Of a stretch of 64,000 nucleotides of DNA, positions 6,801 to 17,511 are shown piece after piece. Positions within the stretch are counted from its first letter, which is position 1. Each line of letters starts with the position of its first letter. Both the position numbers and the translations under genes were made by a program. This stretch comes from Escherichia coli (GTDB taxonomy: Bacteria > Pseudomonadota > Gammaproteobacteria > Enterobacterales > Enterobacteriaceae), in the NCBI RefSeq assembly GCF_013122565.1, contig NZ_CP053258.1, one strand, 5' to 3'. The notes under the pieces were generated by a model. The model searched no databases and was not told the DNA's origin. It was given only the letters and a program-made list of their open reading frames with translations.

Positions 6801-8823
6801 GGGCGAAGGCTCGGTTACACTGCCAATTGGCGATTTTAACGGTGAATTACGCGTCATGGCGCAAGCCTGGACGGCAGATGACTTCGGTAGCAACGAAAGC
6901 AAAGTGATAGTTGCCGCACCGGTGATTGCTGAACTGAACATGCCGCGCTTTATGGCGAGTGGCGATACCTCGCGTCTGACGCTGGATATCACTAATCTTA
7001 CCGATAAACCGCAAAAACTGAACGTTGCCCTGACCGCCAGTGGTTTGCTTGAACTGGTCAGCGATTCACCCGCAGCCGTTGAATTAGCGCCAGGTGTGCG
7101 TACTACGCTGTTTATCCCGGTGCGAGCATTGCCGGGTTATGGCGATGGAGAAATTCAGGCCACCATTAGCGGGTTAGCGTTACCGGGTGAAACCGTTGCC
7201 GATCAGCATAAGCAGTGGAAAATCGGCGTCCGTCCGGCGTTCCCGGCACAAACGGTTAATGACGGTACGGCGTTGCAGCCTGGTGAGTCATGGGCGATTC
7301 CGGCGGATGGATTGCAAAACTTCTCGCCTGTTACGCTGGAAGGGCAATTGTTGTTGAGCGGCAAACCACCGCTGAACATCGCACGTTATATCAAAGAGTT
7401 AAAAGCGTATCCGTACGGCTGTCTCGAGCAAACCGCCAGCGGCCTGTTCCCGTCACTTTATACCAACGCAGCCCAACTGCAGGCGTTGGGCATCAAAGGC
7501 GACAGTGATGAGAAACGCCGTGCATCGGTCGATATCGGCATTTCCCGTTTGCTGCAAATGCAACGTGATAACGGCGGCTTTGCGCTGTGGGATAAAAACG
7601 GTGACGAAGAGTACTGGCTGACGGCTTACGTGATGGATTTCCTGGTCCGCGCAGGCGAACAGGGTTACAGCGTGCCGACAGACGCCATTAACCGGGGTAA
7701 TGAGCGTCTGCTGCGCTATTTACAAGATCCGGGCATGATGTCGATCCCGTACGCGGATAATCTCAAAGCCAGTAAATTCGCCGTACAGTCTTACGCTGCG
7801 CTGGTGTTGGCCCGTCAGCAAAAGGCTCCACTGGGTGCGCTGCGTGAAATCTGGGAGCATCGTGCAGATGCCGCTTCTGGTTTACCGCTGCTGCAACTTG
7901 GCGTTGCGCTGAAAACCATGGGTGATGCAACGCGTGGTGAAGAAGCGATTGTGCTGGCGCTGAAAACGCAGAGAAATAGTGATGAGCGGATATGGCTGGG
8001 TGATTACGGTAGTCCACTGCGCGACAACGCGTTAATGCTCTCCTTGCTGGAAGAAAATAAACTGCTACCCGATGAGCAGTACACTTTGCTGAACACACTT
8101 TCGCAGCAGGCGTTTGGTGAACGCTGGCTATCGACGCAGGAAAGTAACGCGTTGTTCCTGGCTGCCCGTACGATTCAGGATTTACCGGGTAAATGGCAGG
8201 CGCAAACCTCTTTCTCATCTGAGCCGCTGATAGGCGAGAAAGCGCAAAACAGCACTCTGAATAGCGATCAACTTGCCACCTTGCAGGTGACCAACAGTGG
8301 CGATCAGCCGTTATGGCTGCGTGTGGATGCCAGCGGTTATCCGCAATCCGCACCTTTACCGGCGAACAATGTGCTGCAAATCGAGCGTCATATTCTTGGT
8401 ACTGATGGTAAGAGCAAATCGCTGGACTCGTTACGTAGCGGCGATCTGGTGCTGGTCTGGTTGCAGGTAAAAGCCAGTAACAGCGTGCCAGATGCGTTAG
8501 TCGTGGATTTGCTGCCTGCGGGTCTGGAACTGGAAAACCAGAATCTGGCGAACGGTAGCGCCAGCCTGGAGCAAAGTGGTGGCGAAGTGCAAAACTTACT
8601 GAACCAGATGCAGCAGGCGAGTATTAAGCACATTGAGTTCCGTGACGATCGCTTTGTGGCGGCGGTTGCCGTTGATGAATACCAACCGGTAACGCTGGTG
8701 TATCTGGCGCGGGCGGTGACGCCGGGAACGTATCAGGTACCGCAACCGATGGTGGAATCAATGTATGTTCCCCAATGGCGGGCGACTGGCGCGGCTGAAG
8801 ATCTGCTGATTGTCAGACCGTAA
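3862..8823 (+). CDS. yfhM: Alpha-2-macroglobulin-family lipoprotein
   Basis: 1653 aa; lipoprotein signal LALAGC; thioester motif CLEQ (YGCLEQTAS); adjacent to pbpC. Confidence 0.95.
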   Translation: MKKLRLAACMLMLALAGCDNNDNAPTAVKKDAPSEVTKAASSENASSAKLSAPERQKLAQQSAGKALTLLDLAEVQLDGAATLVLTFSIPLDPDQDFSRVIHVVDKKSGKVDGAWELSDNLKELRLRHLEPKRDLIVTIGKEVKALNNATFSKDYEKTITTRDIQPSVGFASRGSLLPGKVVEGLPVMALNVNNVDVNFFRVKPESLPAFISQWEYRNSLANWQSDKLLQMADLVYTGRFDLNPARNTREKLLLPLGDIKPLQQAGVYLAVMNQAGRYDYSNPATLFTLSDIGVSAHRYHNRLDIFTQSLENGAAQQGIEVSLLNEKGQTLTQATSDAQGHVQLENDKNAALLLARKDGQTTLLDLKLPALDLAEFNIAGAPGYSKQFFMFGPRDLYRPGETVILNGLLRDADGKALPDQPIKLDVIKPDGQVLRSVVSQPENGLYHLTWPLDSNAATGMWHIRANTGDNQYRMWDFHVEDFMPERMALNLTGEKTPLMPKDEVKFSVVGYYLYGAPANGNTLQGQLFLRPLRDAVSALPGFEFGDIAAENLSRTLDEVQLTLDDKGRGEVSTESQWKETHSPLQVIFQGSLLESGGRPVTRRAEQAIWPADALPGIRPQFASKSVYDYRTDSTVKQLIVDEGSNAAFDIVYSDAQGVKKAVSGLQVRLIRERRDYYWNWSEDEGWQSQFDQKDLIENEQTLDLQADETGKVSFPVEWGAYRLEVKAPNEAVSSVRFWAGYSWQDNSDGSGTVRPDRVTLKLDKASYRPGDTIKLHIAAPTAGKGYAMVESSEGPLWWQEIDVPAQGLDLTIPVDKTWHRHDLYLSTLVVRPGDKSRSATPKRAVGVLHLPLGDENRRLDLALETPAKMRPNQPLTVKIKASNKNGEMPKQVNVLVSAVDSGVLNITDYVTPDPWQAFFGQKRYGADIYDIYGQVIEGQGRLAALRFGGDGDELKRGGKPPVNHVNIVAQQALPVTLNEQGEGSVTLPIGDFNGELRVMAQAWTADDFGSNESKVIVAAPVIAELNMPRFMASGDTSRLTLDITNLTDKPQKLNVALTASGLLELVSDSPAAVELAPGVRTTLFIPVRALPGYGDGEIQATISGLALPGETVADQHKQWKIGVRPAFPAQTVNDGTALQPGESWAIPADGLQNFSPVTLEGQLLLSGKPPLNIARYIKELKAYPYGCLEQTASGLFPSLYTNAAQLQALGIKGDSDEKRRASVDIGISRLLQMQRDNGGFALWDKNGDEEYWLTAYVMDFLVRAGEQGYSVPTDAINRGNERLLRYLQDPGMMSIPYADNLKASKFAVQSYAALVLARQQKAPLGALREIWEHRADAASGLPLLQLGVALKTMGDATRGEEAIVLALKTQRNSDERIWLGDYGSPLRDNALMLSLLEENKLLPDEQYTLLNTLSQQAFGERWLSTQESNALFLAARTIQDLPGKWQAQTSFSSEPLIGEKAQNSTLNSDQLATLQVTNSGDQPLWLRVDASGYPQSAPLPANNVLQIERHILGTDGKSKSLDSLRSGDLVLVWLQVKASNSVPDALVVDLLPAGLELENQNLANGSASLEQSGGEVQNLLNQMQQASIKHIEFRDDRFVAAVAVDEYQPVTLVYLARAVTPGTYQVPQPMVESMYVPQWRATGAAEDLLIVRP

Positions 8824-11136
8824 ATGCCTCGCCTGTTAACCAAACGCGGCTGCTGGATAACGCTGGCAGCTGCGCCCTTTCTCCTTTTTCTTGCAGCGTG
8901 GGGAGCAGATAAACTCTGGCCTCTACCGCTGCATGAAGTCAATCCCGCACGAGTGGTCGTGGCGCAGGATGGTACGCCGCTCTGGCGCTTCGCCGATGCT
9001 GACGGCATCTGGCGTTATCCGGTAACAATCGAAGATGTTTCTCCACGTTACCTTGAAGCGCTGATCAATTATGAAGATCGCTGGTTCTGGAAGCATCCGG
9101 GGGTGAATCCATTCTCGGTGGCGCGCGCAGCATGGCAAGATCTCACTTCGGGACGGGTTATTTCCGGTGGCAGCACGCTCACTATGCAGGTTGCTCGTCT
9201 GCTTGATCCTCACCCCAAAACATTTGGCGGCAAAATTCGCCAGCTCTGGCGCGCGTTGCAACTGGAGTGGCATTTGTCTAAGCGTGAAATTCTGACCTTG
9301 TATCTTAACCGCGCTCCGTTTGGCGGTACGTTGCAGGGGATCGGTGCGGCAAGTTGGGCTTATCTCGGAAAATCGTCTGCGAATTTAAGCTATTCCGAGG
9401 CGGCAATGCTGGCGGTGTTGCCGCAAGCGCCCAGCCGACTGCGCCCGGATCGCTGGCCGGAACGTGCCGAAGCCGCGCGTAATAAAGTGCTCGAACGGAT
9501 GGCTGCGCAAGGTGTGTGGTCCCGTGAGCAGGTAAAAGAGTCAAGGGAAGAACCCATCTGGCTGGCACCCCGACAAATGCCGCAACTGGCACCGCTGTTT
9601 TCGCGCATGATGCTCGGTAAAAGCAAAAGCGACAAAATTGTTACTACGCTGGATGCCGGTCTTCAACGACGTCTGGAAGAACTGGCGCAAAACTGGAAAG
9701 GACGATTACCACCGAGCAGCTCACTGGCGATGATCGTGGTTGATCATACCGATATGCGTGTTCGCGGCTGGGTGGGATCGGTTGATCTCAACGATGATTC
9801 ACGCTTTGGTCATGTCGATATGGTCAATGCGATCCGATCGCCAGGATCGGTGCTCAAACCGTTTGTTTATGGTCTGGCGCTGGATGAAGGCTTGATCCAC
9901 CCGGCATCACTGCTGCAAGACGTCCCCCGGCGCACCGGTGATTATCGACCAGGTAATTTTGATGGCGGTTTTCATGGCCCGATCAGCATGAGCGAGGCGC
10001 TGGTGCGCTCGCTGAATTTACCTGCTGTGCAGGTGCTGGAAGCCTATGGCCCGAAACGGTTTGCGGCAAAGTTACGCAATGTTGGATTGCCGTTATATTT
10101 GCCCAACGGTGCTGCGCCGAATCTTTCACTCATACTCGGCGGCGCTGGTGCAAAACTGGAAGATATGGCGGCAGCGTATACCGCGTTTGCTCGCCACGGC
10201 AAGGCAGGCAAATTGCGCTTACAGCCTGACGATCCGCTGCTTGAACGGCCTTTAATGTCGTCGGGGGCGGCGTGGATCATTCGCCGGATTATGGCTGATG
10301 AAGCGCAACCCTTGCCGGATAGTGCCTTGCCGCGCGTCGCCCCACTGGCATGGAAAACGGGCACCAGCTATGGCTATCGTGATGCCTGGGCGATTGGGGT
10401 TAACGCTCGCTATGTCATTGGGATCTGGACTGGCAGACCGGATGGCACGCCCGTTGTTGGTCAGTTTGGCTTTGCCAGCGCCGTACCGCTGTTGAATCAG
10501 GTTAATAATATCTTATTGTCGCGCAGTGCTAATCTGCCGGAAGACCCGCGCCCGAACTCAGTCACTCGTGGCGTTATCTGCTGGCCGGGCGGACAGTCTT
10601 TGCCGGAAGGTGACGGTAACTGTCGCCGCCGCCTGGCAACCTGGTTGCTGGACGGGAGCCAGCCGCCAACTCTATTACTGCCGGAGCAGGAAGGCATTAA
10701 TGGCATTCGTTTTCCCATCTGGCTGGATGAAAACGGCAAACGTGTTGCCGCTGATTGCCCTCAGGCGCGACAAGAAATGATAAATGTCTGGCCGCTACCG
10801 CTGGAACCCTGGTTGCCCGCATCAGAACGCCGCGCTGTGCGCTTACCACCGGCCTCGACAATTTGCCCGCCATACGGTCACGATGCACAACTCCCGCTGC
10901 AGCTGACAGGCGTTCGCGATGGCGCGATTATTAAACGTTTACCGGGCGCAGCAGAAGCGACTTTGCCGGTGCAATCAAGTGGAGGAGCAGGTGAACGCTG
11001 GTGGTTTCTGAATGGCGAACCGTTAACTGAACGCGGGCGCAACGTGACCCTGCATTTGATGGATAAAGGCGATTATCAATTGCTGGTGATGGATGAGGTG
11101 GGGCAAATCGCGACAGTGAAATTTGTCATGCAATAG
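8824..11136 (+). CDS. pbpC: Penicillin-binding protein 1C
   Basis: 770 aa; ATG immediately follows yfhM stop (TAAATG). Confidence 0.95.
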   Translation: MPRLLTKRGCWITLAAAPFLLFLAAWGADKLWPLPLHEVNPARVVVAQDGTPLWRFADADGIWRYPVTIEDVSPRYLEALINYEDRWFWKHPGVNPFSVARAAWQDLTSGRVISGGSTLTMQVARLLDPHPKTFGGKIRQLWRALQLEWHLSKREILTLYLNRAPFGGTLQGIGAASWAYLGKSSANLSYSEAAMLAVLPQAPSRLRPDRWPERAEAARNKVLERMAAQGVWSREQVKESREEPIWLAPRQMPQLAPLFSRMMLGKSKSDKIVTTLDAGLQRRLEELAQNWKGRLPPSSSLAMIVVDHTDMRVRGWVGSVDLNDDSRFGHVDMVNAIRSPGSVLKPFVYGLALDEGLIHPASLLQDVPRRTGDYRPGNFDGGFHGPISMSEALVRSLNLPAVQVLEAYGPKRFAAKLRNVGLPLYLPNGAAPNLSLILGGAGAKLEDMAAAYTAFARHGKAGKLRLQPDDPLLERPLMSSGAAWIIRRIMADEAQPLPDSALPRVAPLAWKTGTSYGYRDAWAIGVNARYVIGIWTGRPDGTPVVGQFGFASAVPLLNQVNNILLSRSANLPEDPRPNSVTRGVICWPGGQSLPEGDGNCRRRLATWLLDGSQPPTLLLPEQEGINGIRFPIWLDENGKRVAADCPQARQEMINVWPLPLEPWLPASERRAVRLPPASTICPPYGHDAQLPLQLTGVRDGAIIKRLPGAAEATLPVQSSGGAGERWWFLNGEPLTERGRNVTLHLMDKGDYQLLVMDEVGQIATVKFVMQ

Positions 11137-11284
11137 TCTGTTTTGTCCCTGATTGTTGCTTAAACTGGGTTTATTTTAAAAAAATGTTACCTTCAGCAAT
11201 AGTCAACGGCCCTGTTGCTCATTATAATCCGCGCCATCTCGTACGCTGGTACAGACAACAACAGAACAATTTACAGAGGTAAAC

Positions 11285-11716
11285 ATGGCTATTGAACGTA
11301 CTTTTTCCATCATCAAACCGAACGCGGTAGCAAAAAACGTCATTGGTAATATCTTTGCGCGCTTTGAAGCTGCAGGGTTCAAAATTGTCGGCACCAAAAT
11401 GCTGCACCTGACCGTTGAACAGGCTCGTGGCTTTTATGCTGAACACGATGGAAAACCGTTCTTTGATGGTCTGGTTGAATTCATGACCTCTGGCCCGATC
11501 GTGGTTTCCGTGCTGGAAGGTGAAAACGCCGTTCAGCGTCACCGCGATCTGCTGGGCGCGACCAATCCGGCAAACGCACTGGCCGGTACTCTGCGCGCTG
11601 ATTACGCTGACAGCCTGACCGAAAATGGTACCCACGGTTCTGATTCCGTCGAATCTGCCGCTCGCGAAATCGCTTATTTTTTCGGCGAAGGCGAAGTGTG
11701 CCCGCGCACCCGTTAA
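11285..11716 (+). CDS. ndk: Nucleoside diphosphate kinase
   Basis: 143 aa, [15 protein letters not shown]...; matches recalled E. coli Ndk. Confidence 0.97.
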
Positions 11717-11775
11717 TAATTTCGTAAATGCCGCGTGCAAACGTGGCATCCGTGCGCCAGAATTTGTACAATGAA

Positions 11776-11819
11776 GCGCCCCCGGACGAGCAGCCGCTCA
11801 CCGGGGCGTTTCTTTTTTC
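11776..11819 (+). terminator. Intrinsic terminator downstream of ndk
   Basis: gcgcccccgg...ccggggcg hairpin followed by TTTCTTTTTT. Confidence 0.6.
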
Positions 11820-11865
11820 AACCCTCCAGGGGCCATAACGTGTAATAACGAGGCCGGAATAGCAT

Positions 11866-13020
11866 ATGTCTGAACAATTAGTCACACCTGAAAACGTCAC
11901 CACGAAAGATGGAAAAATCAACCTGCTGGATCTCAACCGTCAGCAGATGCGGGAGTTTTTTAAAGATTTAGGTGAAAAACCCTTCCGCGCCGATCAGGTG
12001 ATGAAGTGGATGTATCACTATTGCTGCGACAACTTTGATGAGATGACCGACATCAACAAAGTGTTGCGCGGCAAACTGAAAGAGGTGGCGGAGATCCGCG
12101 CACCGGAAGTGGTTGAAGAACAGCGTTCATCTGACGGCACCATTAAATGGGCGATCGCCGTTGGCGATCAGCGCGTCGAAACGGTGTATATCCCGGAAGA
12201 CGACCGTGCCACGCTCTGCGTCTCTTCGCAGGTGGGGTGTGCGCTGGAGTGTAAATTCTGTTCCACCGCCCAGCAGGGCTTTAACCGCAACCTGCGGGTA
12301 TCGGAAATTATCGGTCAGGTGTGGCGTGCGGCGAAAATCGTCGGCGCAGCAAAAGTCACCGGTCAGCGCCCAATCACTAACGTAGTGATGATGGGCATGG
12401 GCGAGCCGCTGCTCAACCTGAACAACGTCGTTCCGGCGATGGAAATCATGCTTGATGATTTCGGTTTTGGCCTGTCTAAACGTCGCGTCACGCTTTCTAC
12501 TTCCGGTGTAGTTCCGGCGCTGGATAAACTGGGCGATATGATCGACGTTGCACTGGCAATTTCCCTGCACGCGCCGAACGACGAAATTCGTGACGAAATT
12601 GTGCCGATCAACAAAAAGTACAATATCGAAACGTTCCTTGCTGCGGTGCGCCGTTATCTGGAGAAATCCAACGCCAATCAGGGCCGAGTCACTATTGAAT
12701 ACGTGATGCTTGACCACGTTAACGACGGCACTGAACACGCGCACCAACTGGCGGAACTGCTGAAAGATACGCCGTGTAAGATCAACCTGATCCCGTGGAA
12801 CCCGTTCCCGGGTGCGCCGTATGGACGCAGCTCGAACAGCCGTATCGACCGTTTCTCAAAAGTGCTGATGAGCTACGGTTTCACCACTATTGTGCGTAAA
12901 ACTCGTGGTGATGATATCGATGCTGCCTGTGGTCAGTTGGCGGGCGATGTTATCGACCGTACAAAACGTACCCTGCGTAAACGGATGCAGGGTGAAGCCA
13001 TCGACATTAAAGCGGTCTGA
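11866..13020 (+). CDS. rlmN: 23S rRNA/tRNA m2A methyltransferase, radical SAM
   Basis: 384 aa; CALECKFC (CxxxCxxC) motif. Confidence 0.95.
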
Positions 13021-13024
13021 TAGC

Positions 13025-13066
13025 CATTACGCCACGGTTACTTTATGTACCGTGGCGTAATGTTTT
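13025..13066 (+). terminator. Hairpin terminator after rlmN
   Basis: 13-bp perfect stem cattacgccacggt/accgtggcgtaatg followed by GTTTTAT. Confidence 0.5.
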
Positions 13067-13304
13067 ATGAATGAAGTATTAAGTTGCAATTGTCTGGTCA
13101 ATATTAACGGTGCGTTTTTGCTGACTTTAAGGCAGTATGTAACGATGCAACAGTAAGTTAGCCTTAGTGAATGTGGGCTTTGTCACGAGCACACAGACGG
13201 TCTTATACTGTATGATAACGGTTAACTTAACGGATGTTTCGCGGTGTGGGTGAGCATGATGGTTCACCGGCATCTCAATTCTCATTTAAACGTACCTGCA
13301 GCGA

Positions 13305-14318
13305 ATGAATACTGAAGCCACGCACGACCAAAATGAAGCACTTACTACCGGCGCTCGCCTGCGTAATGCTCGCGAACAACTAGGACTTAGTCAGCAGGCC
13401 GTTGCCGAGCGACTTTGCCTGAAGGTTTCCACGGTACGCGACATTGAAGAAGATAAGGCACCCGCCGATCTTGCTTCAACATTCCTGCGCGGATATATCC
13501 GCTCTTATGCGCGTCTGGTACATATTCCAGAAGAAGAACTGCTGCCAGGGCTGGAAAAGCAGGCTCCACTACGGGCTGCAAAAGTTGCGCCGATGCAGAG
13601 TTTTTCCCTCGGTAAACGCCGCAAAAAACGTGACGGCTGGCTGATGACCTTCACCTGGCTGGTGTTGTTTGTGGTTATCGGCCTGAGCGGTGCCTGGTGG
13701 TGGCAAGACCACAAAGCTCAGCAGGAAGAGATCACCACTATGGCCGATCAATCTTCGGCGGAACTGAGCAGTAATAGCGAGCAGGGGCAGAGTGTTCCGT
13801 TAAATACGTCGACAACTACAGATCCGGCTACAACGTCCACGCCGCCAGCGTCTGTGGATACTACCGCAACCAACACGCAAACACCTGCCGTAACTGCGCC
13901 AGCACCAGCTGTTGATCCGCAACAGAATGCGGTTGTCTCGCCTTCGCAGGCAAATGTTGAGACCGCCGCGACCCCGGCACCAACGGCAACAACAACGCCA
14001 GATGGCGCTGCGCCGTTGCCAACCGATCAGGCTGGCGTGACCACGCCGGCGGCTGATCCGAATGCGCTGGTGATGAACTTTACTGCCGATTGCTGGCTGG
14101 AGGTCACTGATGCTACCGGTAAAAAATTGTTTAGCGGTATGCAGCGTAAAGACGGTAATTTGAACTTAACCGGCCAGGCACCGTACAAACTGAAAATTGG
14201 TGCGCCAGCCGCAGTACAGATCCAGTATCAAGGGAAACCTGTCGATCTGAGTCGTTTTATCAGAACTAACCAGGTTGCGCGTCTGACCCTCAATGCCGAA
14301 CAATCACCGGCGCAGTAA
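13305..14318 (+). CDS. rodZ: Cell-shape protein RodZ (HTH, single TM)
   Basis: 337 aa; N-terminal HTH, hydrophobic segment, Pro/Thr/Ala-rich linker. Confidence 0.93.
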   Translation: MNTEATHDQNEALTTGARLRNAREQLGLSQQAVAERLCLKVSTVRDIEEDKAPADLASTFLRGYIRSYARLVHIPEEELLPGLEKQAPLRAAKVAPMQSFSLGKRRKKRDGWLMTFTWLVLFVVIGLSGAWWWQDHKAQQEEITTMADQSSAELSSNSEQGQSVPLNTSTTTDPATTSTPPASVDTTATNTQTPAVTAPAPAVDPQQNAVVSPSQANVETAATPAPTATTTPDGAAPLPTDQAGVTTPAADPNALVMNFTADCWLEVTDATGKKLFSGMQRKDGNLNLTGQAPYKLKIGAPAAVQIQYQGKPVDLSRFIRTNQVARLTLNAEQSPAQ

Positions 14319-14344
14319 CAGACGGGTAACGCGGGAGATTTTTC

Positions 14345-15463
14345 ATGCATAACCAGGCTCCAATTCAACGTAGAAAATCAACACGTATTTACGTTGGGAA
14401 TGTGCCGATTGGCGATGGTGCTCCCATCGCCGTACAGTCCATGACCAATACGCGTACGACAGACGTCGAAGCAACGGTCAATCAAATCAAGGCGCTGGAA
14501 CGCGTTGGCGCTGATATCGTCCGTGTATCCGTACCGACGATGGACGCGGCAGAAGCGTTCAAACTCATCAAACAGCAGGTTAACGTGCCGCTGGTGGCTG
14601 ACATCCACTTCGACTATCGCATTGCGCTGAAAGTAGCGGAATACGGCGTCGATTGTCTGCGTATTAACCCTGGCAATATCGGTAATGAAGAGCGTATTCG
14701 CATGGTGGTTGACTGTGCGCGCGATAAAAACATTCCAATCCGTATTGGCGTTAACGCCGGATCGCTGGAAAAAGATCTGCAAGAAAAGTATGGCGAACCG
14801 ACGCCGCAGGCGTTGCTGGAATCCGCCATGCGTCATGTTGATCATCTCGATCGCCTGAACTTCGATCAGTTCAAAGTTAGCGTGAAAGCGTCTGACGTCT
14901 TCCTCGCTGTTGAGTCTTATCGTTTGCTGGCAAAACAGATCGATCAGCCACTGCATCTGGGGATCACCGAAGCCGGTGGTGCGCGCAGTGGGGCAGTAAA
15001 ATCCGCCATTGGTTTAGGTCTGCTGCTGTCTGAAGGCATCGGCGACACGCTGCGCGTATCGCTGGCGGCCGATCCGGTCGAAGAGATCAAAGTCGGTTTC
15101 GATATTTTGAAATCGCTGCGTATCCGTTCGCGCGGGATCAACTTCATCGCCTGCCCAACCTGTTCGCGTCAGGAGTTTGATGTTATCGGTACGGTTAACG
15201 CGTTGGAGCAACGCCTGGAAGATATCATCACTCCGATGGACGTTTCGATAATCGGCTGCGTGGTGAATGGCCCAGGTGAGGCGCTGGTTTCTACACTCGG
15301 CGTCACCGGCGGCAACAAGAAAAGCGGCCTCTATGAAGATGGCGTGCGCAAAGACCGTCTGGACAACAACGATATGATCGACCAGCTGGAAGCACGCATT
15401 CGTGCGAAAGCCAGTCAGCTGGACGAAGCGCGTCGAATTGACGTTCAGCAGGTTGAAAAATAA
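14345..15463 (+). CDS. ispG: HMBPP synthase (MEP pathway)
   Basis: 372 aa. Confidence 0.95.
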
Positions 15464-15573
15464 TAACGTGATGGGAAGCGCCTCGCTTCCCGTGTATGAT
15501 TGAACCCGCATGGCTCCCGAAACATTGAGGGAAGCGTTGAGGGTTCATTTTTATATTCAGAAAGAGAATAAAC

Positions 15574-16863
15574 GTGTCGAAGAAAATTCAGTCTGTACGC
15601 GGTATGAATGATTATTTGCCAGTGGAAACCGCTGTATGGCAACGCGTTGAGCGCATAATTAAAAGCGTCGTTGAGTCTTACGGATACAGTGAGATTCGCA
15701 CACCTATTCTTGAGCAAACGCCACTGTTTAAGCGCGCTATCGGTGAAGTTACTGATGTTGTTGAAAAGGAGATGTACACCTTCAACGATCGTGAGCGTGA
15801 TGCGAAAGAGGTTGTTTCGTTAACTCTTCGCCCTGAAGGTACAGCAGGATGTGTACGCGCCGGCATCGAGCATGGCCTTCTGTACAATCAGGAACAGCGT
15901 TTGTGGTATATGGGACCGATGTTCCGCCACGAGCGCCCGCAAAAAGGGCGTTATCGTCAGTTCCACCAAATCGGTCTGGAAGTTTTCGGTCTGCAAGGTC
16001 CGGATATCGACGCTGAACTGATTATGCTCACCGCCCGCTGGTGGCGTGCGCTGGGTATCTCCGAACACGTAACTCTTGAGCTGAACTCTATCGGTTCGCT
16101 GGAAGCACGTGCCAATTACCGCGATGCGCTGGTGGCATTCCTCGAGCAGCATAAAGAAAAGCTGGACGAAGACTGCAAACGTCGCATGTACACTAACCCG
16201 CTGCGCGTGCTGGATTCAAAAAATCCGGAAGTGCAGGCGCTTCTCAACGACGCTCCGGCATTAGGTGATTATCTGGACGAGGAATCTCGTGAGCATTTTG
16301 CCGGTCTGTGCAAACTGCTTGAGAGCGCGGGGATCGCTTACACCGTAAACCAGCGTCTGGTGCGTGGTCTGGATTACTATAACCGTACCGTTTTCGAGTG
16401 GGTGACTAACAGTCTCGGCTCCCAGGGCACCGTGTGTGCAGGCGGTCGTTATGACGGTCTTGTGGAACAACTGGGCGGTCGTGCAACACCGGCTGTCGGT
16501 TTTGCGATGGGCCTCGAACGTCTTGTATTGTTAGTACAGGCCGTTAATCCGGAATTTAAAGCCGATCCTGTTGTCGATATCTATCTGGTGGCTTCAGGTG
16601 CTGATACACAATCTGCGGCTATGGCATTAGCTGAGCGTCTGCGTGATGAATTACCGGGCGTGAAACTGATGACCAACCACGGCGGCGGCAACTTTAAGAA
16701 ACAGTTTGCCCGTGCTGATAAATGGGGTGCCCGCGTTGCTGTGGTGCTGGGTGAGTCTGAAGTGGCTAACGGCACAGCTGTAGTGAAGGATTTGCGCTCT
16801 GGTGAGCAAACGGCAGTTGCGCAGGATAGCGTAGCCGCGCATTTGCGCACGTTACTGGGTTAA
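15574..16863 (+). CDS. hisS: Histidyl-tRNA synthetase
   Basis: 429-codon ORF from GTG with upstream aagaga SD-like sequence; class II aaRS; start codon choice uncertain. Confidence 0.9.
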   Translation: MSKKIQSVRGMNDYLPVETAVWQRVERIIKSVVESYGYSEIRTPILEQTPLFKRAIGEVTDVVEKEMYTFNDRERDAKEVVSLTLRPEGTAGCVRAGIEHGLLYNQEQRLWYMGPMFRHERPQKGRYRQFHQIGLEVFGLQGPDIDAELIMLTARWWRALGISEHVTLELNSIGSLEARANYRDALVAFLEQHKEKLDEDCKRRMYTNPLRVLDSKNPEVQALLNDAPALGDYLDEESREHFAGLCKLLESAGIAYTVNQRLVRGLDYYNRTVFEWVTNSLGSQGTVCAGGRYDGLVEQLGGRATPAVGFAMGLERLVLLVQAVNPEFKADPVVDIYLVASGADTQSAAMALAERLRDELPGVKLMTNHGGGNFKKQFARADKWGARVAVVLGESEVANGTAVVKDLRSGEQTAVAQDSVAAHLRTLLG

Positions 16864-16880
16864 GGAAGGAGAAGGACAGC

Positions 16881-17501
16881 GTGGAAATTTACGAGAACGA
16901 AAACGACCAGGTTGAAGCGGTTAAACGCTTTTTTGCTGAAAATGGCAAAGCACTGGCTGTTGGGGTGATTTTGGGCGTTGGCGCACTGATTGGCTGGCGC
17001 TACTGGAACAGCCATCAGGTTGATTCTGCACGCTCCGCTTCTCTTGCCTATCAAAATGCGATTACCGCAGTGAGCGAAGGCAAACCGGATAGTATCCCGG
17101 CGGCGGAAAAATTTGCTGCTGAAAATAAAAATACCTATGGTGCGCTGGCTTCTTTGGAACTTGCGCAGCAATTTGTTGACAAAAATGAACTAGAGAAAGC
17201 TGCCGCCCAGTTACAACAGGGGCTGGCAGACACGAGCGATGAAAATCTCAAAGCCGTGATAAATCTGCGTCTTGCTCGCGTTCAGATACAGCTCAAGCAG
17301 GCTGATGCCGCGCTGAAAACCCTTGATACCATCAAAGGTGAAGGGTGGGCTGCCATTGTTGCCGACCTGCGTGGTGAAGCATTGCTGAGCAAAGGTGATA
17401 AGCAAGGTGCGCGTAGTGCATGGGAAGCAGGCGTGAAAAGCGATGTTACTCCGGCACTGAGCGAAATGATGCAGATGAAAATTAATAATTTGTCCATCTG
17501 A
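16881..17501 (+). CDS. yfgM: TPR-like inner-membrane protein YfgM
   Basis: 206 aa, GTG start, MEIYENENDQ... Confidence 0.9.
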   Translation: MEIYENENDQVEAVKRFFAENGKALAVGVILGVGALIGWRYWNSHQVDSARSASLAYQNAITAVSEGKPDSIPAAEKFAAENKNTYGALASLELAQQFVDKNELEKAAAQLQQGLADTSDENLKAVINLRLARVQIQLKQADAALKTLDTIKGEGWAAIVADLRGEALLSKGDKQGARSAWEAGVKSDVTPALSEMMQMKINNLSI

Positions 17502-17511
17502 GAGGGACCCG

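Noticed and set aside
7763-8353. Multiple 60-200 aa antisense ORFs inside yfhM, pbpC, ratA and the hyf genes
   Set aside because: All lie within long, well-supported genes on the other strand, have no SD, and are expected by chance in GC-rich sequence.
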